Shown piece after piece: positions 51,793 through 62,180 of a DNA stretch of 64,000 bases. Below the pieces are notes generated by a model. The model did no database searches. It saw only the letters and a program-made list of their open reading frames with translations, and had not been told where the DNA came from. Each line of letters begins with the position of its first letter. The first letter of the stretch is position 1. Made by a program: the position numbers and the translations under genes. The stretch comes from an uncultured Acidobacteriota bacterium (GTDB lineage Bacteria; Acidobacteriota; Thermoanaerobaculia; UBA5066; Gp7-AA6). Where the stretch lies: the NCBI GenBank assembly GCA_963805495.1, contig CAWDUQ010000002.1, positions 1,453,828 to 1,517,827 of the forward strand, read 5' to 3'.

Positions 51793-52051
51793 ACGACCCA
51801 GTCTAGAAGCATTCCGGGAAATCCGAAGGTCCAGATTTTCCCAACCTCTCGGGCGATAGCCGAGCGCGAATCATTTCAGCCCCCCGGCAACGTCCGCTCG
51901 CGGCGCGAGGATTCTCCGCGAGCGCAGCGGAGGACGCCTCGCGCCGCGGGAGCGAGCGCGAAGCGCAGGGTCAGGCCCGCGGTCGAGCCCACAGGCGAGC
52001 CGCGGGCCGGTGCGCCGAAGGCGCAGACCCGCAGCGCAGCGCTCGCGACGG

Positions 52052-53227
52052 TCAGATTTCGCGCAGGGCGGTCGTGATCTTGAGGCGGGCGGCCCGCCAC
52101 GCGGGAGCGAAACCCCCGACGACGCCCATCGCGAGGGCGAAGCCGATGCCCCCCGCGATCAGCTGCGGCGTCATGCGGAAGTTGAACAGGACCTCGGAGA
52201 AGGTCCGGAAGTTCATGGTCCCCGTGGGCTTCGTCAGGAACAGGTTGAAGACCAGGAACGTGATGACGACGCCGAGGACCCCGCCGGCGAGGCACAGCAT
52301 GAGGGCCTCGATCACGAAAGACGCCATGATCGAGCGCCGCGAGAAGCCGATCGCCCGCAGCGTCCCGATCTCCCGGGTCCGCGCGGAGACCTGCGCGTAC
52401 ATCGTGTTCATCGCCCCGAATGCGGCGCCGATCGCCGTGAAGATCCCGACCAGGAACGCCAGGGCCTTGATCGGTGCGCCCGTGATCATCTGCTCGTCGT
52501 AGTACTTGCGCTCGGTCTTGCCCTCGAGCTTGAGGCGCTGATCGCCCTTGACCGTCTCGATGAAGCGGCTGGCGGACGCGTCGTCGGGCAGGCGGATGAA
52601 GACCGAGGAGTAGATGTTGCGCTTGGTCTGCTGCTGCAGGTCCGTGACGTCGGTCCAGATCTCCGACTCGTAGGCGCTGCCCTGCGCGTCGAAGAGGCCC
52701 ACGATGACCCACCGGAAGCTGCCGGACTTCAGCGTGTCGCCGACCGCCATGTGGGCGAACCGCTTCGCGAGATTGCGTGAAACGATGGCCTCGTTGGTCG
52801 CCGGGTTGAACATGCGCCCGTCGACGATCCGGACGCCCGGGCGGATCTCGACCCCGATCGGCGCCATGCCCCGGACCTGGACGTTCGAGTTCGTCTTGCC
52901 GTCGAAACGCGGCACGTTGATCAGGGTCAGGAGCTCCGGCGAGACATAGGGCTTCCCGGCGGCGCTGCGCTCGGGGCCGGGCAGGGCCTGGATCTGGTCC
53001 GCCTGCTCGCGCGTGATGACGCTCTGCATCTCGGCCTGGGACCCGACGCGCATGGCGAGCACGTTGCGGGTCGAGGCCGTCACCGACAGGGTCCGCGTCA
53101 CGCCCTGCACGAGCGCGAGGACGCAGAGGAAGACGGAGACCACGAGGCCGATGACGAGGGCCGTCATTCCCGTCGACGCCTTGCGGCCGACCAGGTTCCG
53201 GAGGTTGTACTTCAGGGGGATCGCCAT
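52052..53227 (-). CDS. ABC transporter permease, FtsX/MacB-like.
   Basis: N-terminal TM, large periplasmic domain and a C-terminal 3-TM FtsX domain. Confidence 0.8.
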   Translation of the reverse strand: MAIPLKYNLRNLVGRKASTGMTALVIGLVVSVFLCVLALVQGVTRTLSVTASTRNVLAMRVGSQAEMQSVITREQADQIQALPGPERSAAGKPYVSPELLTLINVPRFDGKTNSNVQVRGMAPIGVEIRPGVRIVDGRMFNPATNEAIVSRNLAKRFAHMAVGDTLKSGSFRWVIVGLFDAQGSAYESEIWTDVTDLQQQTKRNIYSSVFIRLPDDASASRFIETVKGDQRLKLEGKTERKYYDEQMITGAPIKALAFLVGIFTAIGAAFGAMNTMYAQVSARTREIGTLRAIGFSRRSIMASFVIEALMLCLAGGVLGVVITFLVFNLFLTKPTGTMNFRTFSEVLFNFRMTPQLIAGGIGFALAMGVVGGFAPAWRAARLKITTALREI

Positions 53228-53229
53228 GG

Positions 53230-54396
53230 TCACACCACCCGCCGCAGGCCGTCGACGATCTTCAAGCGCGAGGACTGGATGGCCGGCAGGAACCCGGCCA
53301 GGACGCCGACGCCGACCGAGACGGCGAACGCGAGCGCCAGCGTCTGCGGCGTGACCTTGAAGTTCACGAGCCAGATCGAGATCGACGTCTTGTTGCCGGC
53401 CGCGACGAGGGCGGGGATGAAGAAGAACTTCGCGAGCAGGACTCCGAGGATCCCGCCGAGGAGCGACATCAGCACCGACTCCGAGAGGATGAAGGCGAGG
53501 ATGTGGTGGCGGCCAAAACCGAGAGTCCGCATCACGGCGATCTCCGTAACGCGCTCGCGGGCCGACATCGCGACCGTGTTGGCCACGATCAGCGTCACGG
53601 CGAAAAGAATGATGAGCGAGATGCCGTTGATGAGGAACTTGACGTTGCCCATCATCTCCATGAACTGGAGCTGAAACTGCTTTTCGGTCAGGGTCTTGGT
53701 CGGCGCGTCGCTGTTCTGAAACATCTGGTCGATCGCGGCCGCGACGCGCGGGACGTCCTCGGCGGAGGCGACTTTCAGGTAGTAGATGCCGGTGTACTTG
53801 TCGGCGCCGAACCACTTCGACTGGTTGAGATACTCGTTGTGGAAGAAGATGTTCGTCTCGTCTCCGGCGCTGAACGGCCCGATGTAGACGAGGTCGAGAT
53901 TGATCGGGATGTACGTGCCGCGCAGGACGATGTGCTCGCCCTTCTTCCAGTGGAACTTGTCGGCGATCTTCTGGCCGGCCACGAACCCGTTGCGGGTCGC
54001 CTTCCATTCCTCCTTGACGGCCTGGTCGACGGTCGCGTCGTCGAAGACCTTGTCGAAGTAGATCTCGGGGTCGCACGAGAGCTGCCCGATCCAGTTCTCG
54101 GGCTTGTCGTCCTTGTAAACCCCGCCGAACCAGATCTGCGGGGAGACGGCGACGACGCCCGGGATCTGCTCGATCCGCTGACGCTGGGAGAGGGGCAGGA
54201 AGTTGCCGAGGCCGGTGGCGTGCTGCACGACCAGCCGGTTGGCCCCGCGGCCGCCCGACGGGTCCGCCTGCATCGCCTGCAGGAGCGAAGTCAGGATCAC
54301 GATCAGGACGAGGACGAGCACGATCGAGCTCGCCGTCAGCGTCGTCCGCAGCTTCTTGCGGAAGACGTTTTTCCAGATCAGGCGGAAGTACTTCAT
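53230..54396 (-). CDS. ABC transporter permease, FtsX/MacB-like (second copy).
   Basis: [20 protein letters not shown] start. Same architecture as its neighbour. Confidence 0.8.
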   Translation of the reverse strand: MKYFRLIWKNVFRKKLRTTLTASSIVLVLVLIVILTSLLQAMQADPSGGRGANRLVVQHATGLGNFLPLSQRQRIEQIPGVVAVSPQIWFGGVYKDDKPENWIGQLSCDPEIYFDKVFDDATVDQAVKEEWKATRNGFVAGQKIADKFHWKKGEHIVLRGTYIPINLDLVYIGPFSAGDETNIFFHNEYLNQSKWFGADKYTGIYYLKVASAEDVPRVAAAIDQMFQNSDAPTKTLTEKQFQLQFMEMMGNVKFLINGISLIILFAVTLIVANTVAMSARERVTEIAVMRTLGFGRHHILAFILSESVLMSLLGGILGVLLAKFFFIPALVAAGNKTSISIWLVNFKVTPQTLALAFAVSVGVGVLAGFLPAIQSSRLKIVDGLRRVV

Positions 54397-55115
54397 GCCT
54401 TCCTCCCGGCGCCGGCCTCCGTGCGCTCGTCGGTGTGGAGGACGCCCTTGTCGAGGTGGACCATGCGGTGCGCGCGGGCGGCGGCCCTGGGGTCGTGCGT
54501 GACCATCACGATCGTCTTGCCGAATTCCTCGTTGAGCCGCCGAAGGAGCTCGAGGATCTCGTCGCCGGACTTCGCGTCGAGGTCGCCCGTGGGCTCGTCC
54601 GCGACCAGGATCTTCGGGTCCGACACGATGGCGCGCGCGATGGCGACGCGCTGCTCCTGGCCGCCCGAGAGCTGCCGCGGATAGTGTTCCATCCGGTCGG
54701 CGAGGCCCACGATCGCGAGGGCCGTCTCGACGTGCTTCCGGCGCTCGGCCCTCTTCAGCGGCGTCAGGAGAAGCGGCAGCTCCACGTTCTCGAACGCCGA
54801 GAGCACGGGCAGGAGGTTGTAGAGCTGGAAGATGAAGCCGATGGTGTTCGAGCGCCACCTTGCGAGCTCGGTCTGGCCGAGTGTGGCGATGTCGCGGCCG
54901 CCGACCACGATCCGCCCGCGGGTCGGCGAGTCGATGCCGGCGATCAGGTTCAACAGCGTGGTCTTGCCCGAGCCCGACGGACCCATCAGGGCGACGTACT
55001 CCCCGTCCGGGATGTCGAGGTCGATGCCCGTCAGGACCGGGATCTCGATCTGGTCCCGGCGGTAGATCTTCTCCACCTTGTCGATGCGAATCAGCGGTTC
55101 GGCCATGTCGGTCAC
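54393..55115 (-). CDS. ABC transporter ATP-binding protein (MacB/LolD-type).
   Basis: [26 protein letters not shown] and [12 protein letters not shown] motifs. ATGA overlap with the MFP gene. Confidence 0.9.
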   Translation of the reverse strand: MTDMAEPLIRIDKVEKIYRRDQIEIPVLTGIDLDIPDGEYVALMGPSGSGKTTLLNLIAGIDSPTRGRIVVGGRDIATLGQTELARWRSNTIGFIFQLYNLLPVLSAFENVELPLLLTPLKRAERRKHVETALAIVGLADRMEHYPRQLSGGQEQRVAIARAIVSDPKILVADEPTGDLDAKSGDEILELLRRLNEEFGKTIVMVTHDPRAAARAHRMVHLDKGVLHTDERTEAGAGRKA

Positions 55116-56269
55116 TCCTGCCCTTCCACGCGGACCCTGTCCCCGTCCCGGATCGAAAGCTCGCCGGCGCGCGCGATCAGGCGCTCGCCGCCCTGGAGCC
55201 CCGCCGTGATCTCCACCTGCCCCTGGACGTCGCCGCCCGCCGTCACGGGGCTGAACTTCGCCCGCCCGTCGACGATCCGGAAAACCCCGGTCTTCCCGTC
55301 GACCGTCGTCAACGTCCCCTTCCCCACGACGACTCGGGACTTCGCCTCGCGGCCCTGCGTCGGCTCGGCCGTGAAGCTGACCCGCGCCGAAAGATCCGGC
55401 AGCACGCGATCGTCGGCATCGAGAAACGCCACCTTGACGCGCACGGTGGCCTTCTGACGGTCGGCCGCCGGCACGATCTGGCGCAGGCGCCCGTGGTAGG
55501 TCTTGTCCGGCACCGCGTCGAGCGAAATCTCGGCCGGCTGGTTCTTCGCGAGCTTCGAAAGGTTGGCTTCGTTGACGTCGGCGCCGACGTACAGGGAGGA
55601 GAACTCGACGAGGGTCGCGATCGCTCCGCCCGAGCCGCCGCCCGAAGGGGACGAACCGAACGGCGACACGGCTTCCCCGACGAACGCCCGCTTGGCCGTG
55701 ATGACTCCGGCGAAGGGCGCCCGGATGATCGTGTAGTCGAGAAGCGCCTCGACGTAGCGCACCCGCGCCCGCGTGGCCGCCTCGCTCGCGACCGCGGCGT
55801 CGAGCGCCGAGCGGGTCGAAAGGCCCTGGTCGAAGATCGCTTTCTGCCGGTTGAGCTCGGCCTGGGCGTTGACCCAGTTGGCCTTCGCCTCGGCGAGCTG
55901 CGCAGCGATGTCGGTCGAGTCGAGGCGCGCGATGATGTCGCCCGTCTTGACGCGAGTCCCCTCGGTCACGTTGAGCTCCGTGATGCGGGAGGTGATCTTG
56001 GGAGAGAGGTCGGCCTTCCGTTCGGCCTCGACGTAGCCGGTCGCCGTCAGCACGGTGGTGGCCTGGCCTTCCGTGACGACGGAAGCCGTCACGGTCTCGA
56101 CCTTCCTGGGCCGCAGGCCGCGCCCCGCCAGGAAGTAAGCGGCCGCCCCCGCCGCGACCACCAGGGCCGCCCCGAGAAGGATCCAGCCCTTCGGACCGCC
56201 GCGACGCTCGGGCTCGCGGTGGATGCGGAGGGCGGAGAGATCGTTCGGGCGAGGCGCTTCCTGGCTCAT
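55112..56269 (-). CDS. Efflux periplasmic adaptor (MFP/HlyD family, MacA-like).
   Basis: N-terminal TM anchor, coiled-coil segment and a beta-barrel region. Confidence 0.8.
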   Translation of the reverse strand: MSQEAPRPNDLSALRIHREPERRGGPKGWILLGAALVVAAGAAAYFLAGRGLRPRKVETVTASVVTEGQATTVLTATGYVEAERKADLSPKITSRITELNVTEGTRVKTGDIIARLDSTDIAAQLAEAKANWVNAQAELNRQKAIFDQGLSTRSALDAAVASEAATRARVRYVEALLDYTIIRAPFAGVITAKRAFVGEAVSPFGSSPSGGGSGGAIATLVEFSSLYVGADVNEANLSKLAKNQPAEISLDAVPDKTYHGRLRQIVPAADRQKATVRVKVAFLDADDRVLPDLSARVSFTAEPTQGREAKSRVVVGKGTLTTVDGKTGVFRIVDGRAKFSPVTAGGDVQGQVEITAGLQGGERLIARAGELSIRDGDRVRVEGQE

Positions 56270-56429
56270 GAGATCAATTTGAGTCAGTCATTCTATGCTG
56301 GAGACTTCCGGGGCGGGGGGGCCGTATCTCCTTCAAATCAGGCGACGTTGGCGGCGCTCGGGGGCTTCGCCGGCGCGGCGAAGATGCGCGCGCGTGATAA
56401 CCTGAAACGGTTCTCCGGGGAGGTGGGCC

Positions 56430-57131
56430 ATGCGGTATCGGTTCCTGGTCAGTGCCGCGATTCTGGCATCGGCCCTCGCACTCGAGGGTCAGGAAAACAT
56501 GTTCAGAATCGAGCTCGTGCCGACCGGCAGGATGGTTTCCCTCAACGAGCCGACCCTCGTCAATGGTTCCTACCTCTTCCAGGCCTGGCCCGACGGAGAA
56601 ACCACGCGGCTTCCGCAGAACGTCGTTCGCAAGATCACCCGCATCACCGGCAAGTACGAAGACATGACCGTCTACGAGGTGATGTTCTACGGCGGCGGCT
56701 TCGCGCTCGCCCGGGACATCCCGCTCTCCAAGGGTGGAATGTTCGTCTTCCACACCTGGCGTTCGAACACGCTCACGAGCGTCCGGAAGTCGGAGGTCGA
56801 GAAGATCGGCACCCTGACGGGCGACCAGGCGTTCTGGGTGGAGCAGGGGCAGGCGGGCGAAGCCCTCATCGGCAACCTCGCCATGGAAGGGACGGCCCAG
56901 GTCATCTCGATCGGCACTCCGCCGACGTCCGGAGGAAGCTCTCAGGCCGGCCGCAACAGCGCGAGCTCGCTCAACCAGGGGCCCCAGGGCATCAGCGGGG
57001 CCCCCCAGGGCAACTGGCTCTATCAGGGTACGCCCGGCGTCTCCGACGCCTATTCGCCCGCCAACGCCAACATGTCGAATGGCGTGCCGACGATGCCGGC
57101 AGCGACGAACGGCAGCAGCCCGCCCCAGTAG
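56430..57131 (+). CDS. Secreted protein of unknown function (paralog A), with a low-complexity S/G/P/Q-rich tail.
   Basis: GGGGAGGTGG Shine-Dalgarno sequence. Signal MRYRFLVSAAILASALALEG. Paralogous to the next gene. Confidence 0.6.
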   Translation: MRYRFLVSAAILASALALEGQENMFRIELVPTGRMVSLNEPTLVNGSYLFQAWPDGETTRLPQNVVRKITRITGKYEDMTVYEVMFYGGGFALARDIPLSKGGMFVFHTWRSNTLTSVRKSEVEKIGTLTGDQAFWVEQGQAGEALIGNLAMEGTAQVISIGTPPTSGGSSQAGRNSASSLNQGPQGISGAPQGNWLYQGTPGVSDAYSPANANMSNGVPTMPAATNGSSPPQ

Positions 57132-57165
57132 GCGAAGCGACCCCGATTTCGAGAGGAGGCGGCCG

Positions 57166-57753
57166 ATGAGGAAGTTCCTTGCACTGATCGTGATCGGACT
57201 GCTGGCGCCGCTCGCCGTGCCGGCGCAGCAGCCGCAACAGCCACCCGCTGCGCCGTCCGTTCTCTACCAGATCGACCTCGCGCCCACGGGCAAGATGATC
57301 TCCGTCGACGTGCCGCTCATCAAGGGCAGCACATACCTGTTCCACGCCTATCCGTCGGGCACGCTCCAGAGCCTGCGCAAGGCCGACGTCGTGCGGGTCA
57401 CGAAGGTCGCGGCGGCGGCGGCGACCCAGCCGGCCGACACGCTGGTGCAGATCGGCAACCTCGCGATGCAGGGCGGCAGCGCCCAGGCCGGGCCGACGAA
57501 CGCCCGGGCGGTGGTCCCGAAAAAGGGCGGCCCCGAGCTCGGCCAGGGGTTCTACAGCGACCTGAAGTTCGGCCAATCGCTCGCGGCCGACGCGGCGGCG
57601 TCCGGCGACTATCAGATCGGCCGCAGCTACGCGGCGCCTCCGAGCTCGGGGGTCCAGTCCTCCCCGGGCGCGCCTCCGACGATGTCTTCGGCGACGAGCG
57701 GTTCGAATCCGCCGACGATGTCTTCGGCGAGCGACGGAACGAATCCGCACTGA
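57166..57753 (+). CDS. Secreted protein of unknown function (paralog B).
   Basis: GAGAGGAGG Shine-Dalgarno sequence. Signal MRKFLALIVIGLLAPLAVPAQQ. Shares IDLAPTGKMISVDVPLIKGSTYLFHAYPSG and VQIGNLAMQGGSAQAG blocks with paralog A. Confidence 0.6.
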   Translation: MRKFLALIVIGLLAPLAVPAQQPQQPPAAPSVLYQIDLAPTGKMISVDVPLIKGSTYLFHAYPSGTLQSLRKADVVRVTKVAAAAATQPADTLVQIGNLAMQGGSAQAGPTNARAVVPKKGGPELGQGFYSDLKFGQSLAADAAASGDYQIGRSYAAPPSSGVQSSPGAPPTMSSATSGSNPPTMSSASDGTNPH

Positions 57754-57948
57754 CCGTCGCCTCCGCTTGCTTCGGGCTCTGCGCCTGCGGCGCACCGGCG
57801 CGCGGCTCGCGGACGGCGCTCGACCGCGCGCCTGAGCCCTTCGCCGCGCTTCGGCTCCCGCGGCGCGGACCTCCTCCCTCCCTTCGGTCGGGAGACTATC
57901 CGCGCCGCGAGCGGAGGGGACACGGCCGCGGAAATGAGGCTGCAGGAG

Positions 57949-57981
57949 CCCCGGGCGTAGGGGCGGCCCTTGCGGCCGCCC
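57949..57981. repeat. GC-rich palindromic REP-like element (copy 2), between convergent genes.
   Basis: ccccgggcgtaggggcggcccttgcggccgccc matches 39425..39457 with one mismatch. Confidence 0.6.
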
Positions 57982-58007
57982 TCCGGGCCAGGCAGCCGAG
58001 GGGCCGG

Positions 58008-59414
58008 CTAAATATGAATCGCGTGGCCGCCGACGGCTTCGGCGGCTTCATGGATGGCTTCGGACAGCGTGGGGTGGGCGTGGATGGTGCGGACGAGCTC
58101 TTCGGACGTGGCTTCGAGCTTCAGGGCCGCCCCGGCCTCCGCGATGAGCTCGGTGGCCGACGGCCCCACGATGTGGACGCCGAGGACCTCGTCGTACTTC
58201 TTCTCGGCCACGATTTTCACGAACCCCGAGGCGCGGTTGAGGATCCGGGCCTTGCCCACGGCCGAGAACGGGAACTTGCCGACGACGACGTCGTAGCCGC
58301 GCTCGCGAGCTTTCGCCTCCGTCAGGCCGATCGAGCCGACCTCGGGCGAGCAGTAGGTGCAGCCGGGGACCTGGTCGTAGTTGATCGGCCGCGTCTCCCG
58401 GCCGGCCATGTGTTCGACCGCAACGACGCCCTCCGCGGAAGCCAGATGCGCCAGGGCCGGCGTCGGCAGCACGTCGCCGATGGCGTAGATGCCCGGGACG
58501 TTCGTGCGCATGAAGGCGTCGACCTGGACGTAGCCCTTCTCCGTGGCGATCCCCATCGACTCGAGCCCGATCCCGTCGGTCAGCGGGCGCCGCCCCACGG
58601 CCATGAGCACTTTCTCGGCTCGGAAGGTCTCGGTCTTGTCCGAAGACGAGCGTGCCAGGATCTCGACTCCGGCGTCGCTCCGGGTCATCCGCTCCACCCG
58701 CGTGTCCGGGTAGATGGCGATTCCCTGCCGCTTGAACGACGCGGCGAGCTCCCGGGAGATCTCCTCGTCCTCGACCGGGACGATGCGCGGCAGCACTTCG
58801 ATGATCGTGACCTTGGCCCCGAAGCGGGCGTGCATGGACGCGAACTCGACCCCGACGGCACCCGAACCGATCACGACGAGCGACTTCGGCACCTCGGCGA
58901 GATCCAGCATCCCCGTCGAAGAGAAGACGGTCTTCTCGTCGATGTCCATCCCGGGCAGGGAGCGCGGCGTCGATCCCGTAGCGACGAGGACGTTCTTGCC
59001 CGCGTAGACCGTCTCCGCGCCGTCCGATCCCGTCACGGCGACGCGCCCGACGCCCGCCACCCGGCCGAAGCCGGCGGCCACGTCGATCCGGTTTTTCTTC
59101 ATCAGGAAGGAGACGCCGTTGGTCGACTGACGGACGATCTTTTCCTTGTGCTTCAGGGCGGCCGGCATGTCCAGGCGAACCTCGCGGGACGCCACGCCGA
59201 CCTCGGCCCCGTGGCGCGCATCCTCGAGGAGATCGGCCGTGTGGAGGAGCGCCTTGGTCGGGATGCAACCCCAGAGCGTGCAGACGCCGCCCAGGCGCGG
59301 CTCCTTCTCGACGATGAGGACGGACAGCCCGAGCTGCGCTGCCCGGATCGCGGCCACGTATCCGCCCGGTCCCGAGCCGATGATGATGAGGTCGTAGGAC
59401 TTGGTTGAGCTCAT
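58008..59414 (-). CDS. lpdA: Dihydrolipoyl dehydrogenase.
   Basis: YDLIIIGSGPGGYVAAIRAAQLG FAD motif, redox-active GGVCTLWGCIPTK and HAHPTLSEA. Confidence 0.93.
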   Translation of the reverse strand: MSSTKSYDLIIIGSGPGGYVAAIRAAQLGLSVLIVEKEPRLGGVCTLWGCIPTKALLHTADLLEDARHGAEVGVASREVRLDMPAALKHKEKIVRQSTNGVSFLMKKNRIDVAAGFGRVAGVGRVAVTGSDGAETVYAGKNVLVATGSTPRSLPGMDIDEKTVFSSTGMLDLAEVPKSLVVIGSGAVGVEFASMHARFGAKVTIIEVLPRIVPVEDEEISRELAASFKRQGIAIYPDTRVERMTRSDAGVEILARSSSDKTETFRAEKVLMAVGRRPLTDGIGLESMGIATEKGYVQVDAFMRTNVPGIYAIGDVLPTPALAHLASAEGVVAVEHMAGRETRPINYDQVPGCTYCSPEVGSIGLTEAKARERGYDVVVGKFPFSAVGKARILNRASGFVKIVAEKKYDEVLGVHIVGPSATELIAEAGAALKLEATSEELVRTIHAHPTLSEAIHEAAEAVGGHAIHI

Positions 59415-59478
59415 GTGCGGTCTCGCTCCGAAAAGGGGCGTTAGCCTATCAGACGGTCCCCGCGTCTAGAATGCCGGA

Positions 59479-60615
59479 ATGCGGCCGACGCTCCGATCGA
59501 TCCTGGGCGCCTCGTTCGCGCTGCTTTCCGCCTGCGGGGGCGAGACGGCCGTCGAGCGGCAGGGCATCAAGGTCGGGTTCTTCGGCGCGCTGACCGGCCC
59601 GACGGCGACCTTCGCCATCTCCGGGAAGAACGGAGCCACGCTCGCGGTCGCCGAGTTGAACGCCGCGGGCGGCGTCCTGGGCAAGCCGATCGTGCTTCTC
59701 GCGGAGGACGACCGCGGCGAAGCCTCCGAGGCCGCGTCTTCGGTTTCGAAGCTCATCACGCGAGACCACGTCGTGGCGCTCATCGGCGAGAACGCTTCGT
59801 CGCGGACCCTCGCCGCCGCGCCCATCGCGCAGAGCTACAAAGTGCCGATGATCTCGCCCTCGTCCACCAACGTCGAGGTCACGAAGAAGGGCGACTACAT
59901 CTTCCGCGTGTGCTTCATCGACCCCTACCAGGGCCGGGCGCTGGCGACCTTCGCGCGCCGGGACCTCAAGGCGAAGACGGCCGCGATCCTCGTGGACGCG
60001 CGAAGCGACTACTCGGTGGGACTCGCGGAGGCCTTCCGCTCCTCCTTCGAGAGCGCGGGCGGGAGCGTCGTCGCCGAGCTCAAGTACGCCGAGGGTGACA
60101 GCGACTTTTCCGCGCAGCTGACCGCGATCCGGCCGCTCCAGCCGGACGTCCTGATCGTTCCGGGGTACTACACGGACGCGGGCCTGATCGCGCGGCAGGC
60201 GAGGTCCCTCGGGCTGACCGCGATCCTGCTCGGCGCGGATGGCTGGGACTCGCCCAAGCTCGTCGAGATCGGCGGGGAGGCGATGGAGGGCTCCTACCTC
60301 TCGAACCACTACTCCGTCGACGATCCCTCGCCGGCGGTCCGCAGGTTCGTCGCGGCGTACGAGGCGAAGTACGGCAGCGAGCCGGACTCGATCGCCGCGC
60401 TTTCGTACGACGCCGCGCGGCTGCTGGCGGACGCGATCGAGCGCGCCGGGTCGACCGAAGGCCGGCGCGTCCGGGACGCCCTCGCCTCGACGAAGGACTT
60501 CGCGGGCGTCACGGGGACGATCACGATGGATGCCGACCGGAACCCCGTCAAGCCGGCCGTGATCCTGAAGGTGGAGAAGGGCCGGTTCCGCTTCGCGGCG
60601 GCCGTCGCTCCCTGA
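59479..60615 (+). CDS. ABC transporter substrate-binding lipoprotein, branched-chain amino acid (LivK/LivJ-like, type I PBP).
   Basis: Lipobox LLSACGG. IKVGFFGALTGPTATFAISGKNGATLAVAELNAAGGVLGKPI is typical of the Leu/Ile/Val-binding family. Confidence 0.8.
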   Translation: MRPTLRSILGASFALLSACGGETAVERQGIKVGFFGALTGPTATFAISGKNGATLAVAELNAAGGVLGKPIVLLAEDDRGEASEAASSVSKLITRDHVVALIGENASSRTLAAAPIAQSYKVPMISPSSTNVEVTKKGDYIFRVCFIDPYQGRALATFARRDLKAKTAAILVDARSDYSVGLAEAFRSSFESAGGSVVAELKYAEGDSDFSAQLTAIRPLQPDVLIVPGYYTDAGLIARQARSLGLTAILLGADGWDSPKLVEIGGEAMEGSYLSNHYSVDDPSPAVRRFVAAYEAKYGSEPDSIAALSYDAARLLADAIERAGSTEGRRVRDALASTKDFAGVTGTITMDADRNPVKPAVILKVEKGRFRFAAAVAP

Positions 60616-60628
60616 CGGAACGCCGGTC

Positions 60629-61312
60629 CTAGCGCGCGGGCGCGGCCTCGGCGGGATCGACGATGAACTCGTCGAACGACGCCTCCCCCGGGCCCTCGGC
60701 CGCGACACCGGCGCGCCCGGCGCCGGGTTTCGGATCCTTCGCCTCGAAGAGGGCCTTGTCGCCGAAGGTCACCGACAGGGTGGGCCCCTTCAGCCGCATC
60801 GTGAGTTTCTGCCAGGGTTGGGCGAACGGCGCCTGACCGCGGCCGATCTCCGACGCCTTCCCTCCCTCCCAGGCCGACAGCACGACGTCGCCCGTGGCCG
60901 TGTCGGCGAGGAGAAGGAGGAGATTCTTCTTGTCCTTCATTCGAAGGACCATCCCCGCGTGCCCCGGGCCCTGACGGATGAAGGTCGAAGCCGTTCCATC
61001 CTGGAACGAGACGTTTCGACGGAGCGCCGCGGCAATCGAGCCCGCGGGCAGCTTCGACTCGGTCTGCACCAGGCGATTGGGCGCCGACGGGGGGTTGGGA
61101 TCCGTGAGCACCAGCCACCGGGGCTGGCCGGTTTCGCCGAGGACGACGAAATCGAAGAACCCGGGCGGGCGCATCAGCGAGTCCGCGTCGAAATGATTCC
61201 GAAGCTGCTCGGCGGCGGCCGACGGGACGAGCGCGACGGCCAGGGCGGCCAGGGCGAACGCGAGCCGAGCGTATGGGCGAAGCGGTGCCAGGCCCCTGCA
61301 AACAAAGTTCAT
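60629..61312 (-). CDS. Secreted hypothetical protein.
   Basis: Signal MNFVCRGLAPLRPYARLAFALAALAVALVPSAAA. The upstream part of the long ORF is non-coding. Confidence 0.5.
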   Translation of the reverse strand: MNFVCRGLAPLRPYARLAFALAALAVALVPSAAAEQLRNHFDADSLMRPPGFFDFVVLGETGQPRWLVLTDPNPPSAPNRLVQTESKLPAGSIAAALRRNVSFQDGTASTFIRQGPGHAGMVLRMKDKKNLLLLLADTATGDVVLSAWEGGKASEIGRGQAPFAQPWQKLTMRLKGPTLSVTFGDKALFEAKDPKPGAGRAGVAAEGPGEASFDEFIVDPAEAAPAR

Positions 61313-61351
61313 GCCCGCCAAAAAACCCATCGGATGCCCTAAAATTCCCCC

Positions 61352-61642
61352 ATGGACATCAACTCTCCAAAACCCACCGAAACCTATCGAATGGACCGCG
61401 AAGGTTATGCCTTCCGGCTCGACCGCAAGGAAGTCGACAAGCTCAAGACGATGCCCGACTTCGAGGGTCGGGAGGAACCGGCCGTGGCGGAGGACTTTCT
61501 GAGGTACCGCGCCGAGGCCTGGGCGGACGTACTTTCCTCGGCGGGGGCCGAGCCGGGCGAGATCGCGGTGACGATCGATCCGCACCAGAAGAAGGCCCAC
61601 CTGACGAAGGCACAGCGGATCGTGATCACGGCCGACATCTAG
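61352..61642 (+). CDS. Small hypothetical protein (96 aa), paralogous to the C-terminal domain of the convergent gene.
   Basis: YAFRLDRKEVDKLKTMPDFEGR...EIAVTIDPHQKKAHLTKAQRIVI aligns with YRLRLDPPDLARLRELPGSRGR...EIRVVVDPYSRQAFLALENRI. Confidence 0.5.
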   Translation: MDINSPKPTETYRMDREGYAFRLDRKEVDKLKTMPDFEGREEPAVAEDFLRYRAEAWADVLSSAGAEPGEIAVTIDPHQKKAHLTKAQRIVITADI

Positions 61643-61678
61643 TGTCGGAGGGGGCGGCGGGACGTCGCGGGCCGCCTG

Positions 61679-62179
61679 CTAGAAGCTCAGGATCCCCCGG
61701 ATGCGGTTCTCGAGGGCGAGAAACGCCTGGCGCGAGTACGGATCGACCACGACCCTGATTTCCGAGGGTGTCGGGACGTCGTCGGCGATCGCCGAGGCAA
61801 GACGCTCCGCCTGGCCGTCGAAGAAGGCCTCGCCGTTCTCGTCGTCGGAGCGGCCCCGCGAACCCGGCAGCTCGCGCAGCCGCGCGAGATCCGGCGGGTC
61901 GAGACGCAGGCGGTAGCCCTTGCATTCCCGATAGAGCGGCTCGCGCCGGTCGATCAGGTCCGGCCGCGCGCCTCGGGCGGGCTGCGGTTTCCCGGCTCCG
62001 GTGACGGGTTCGGCGACCGGCGCCGGCGGCCCTTCGTCGAGGGCGACGCCGGGGGCGTCCACGACGGCGAGCTCGACGACCTCTTCTTCGACGACCTGGT
62101 CGAGTTCCTCGAGCTCATCCGCCTCCCCTGCACCGTCGACGGCACCGGGCGGCAAAGTGGGATCTTCGGGTTCCGTCAT
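61679..62179 (-). CDS. Hypothetical protein with an acidic N-terminal region and a C-terminal domain paralogous to 61352..61642.
   Basis: ATG 1 nt after the acyl-CoA dehydrogenase stop. The paralogy supports it as coding. Confidence 0.5.
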   Translation of the reverse strand: MTEPEDPTLPPGAVDGAGEADELEELDQVVEEEVVELAVVDAPGVALDEGPPAPVAEPVTGAGKPQPARGARPDLIDRREPLYRECKGYRLRLDPPDLARLRELPGSRGRSDDENGEAFFDGQAERLASAIADDVPTPSEIRVVVDPYSRQAFLALENRIRGILSF

Positions 62180-62180
62180 C

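Noticed and set aside
57754-58007. Possible tRNA or small RNA in the 254-nt gap before lpdA.
   Set aside because: No cloverleaf-compatible GTTC/T-loop or anticodon-stem pattern. The region instead contains the REP-like palindromic element.
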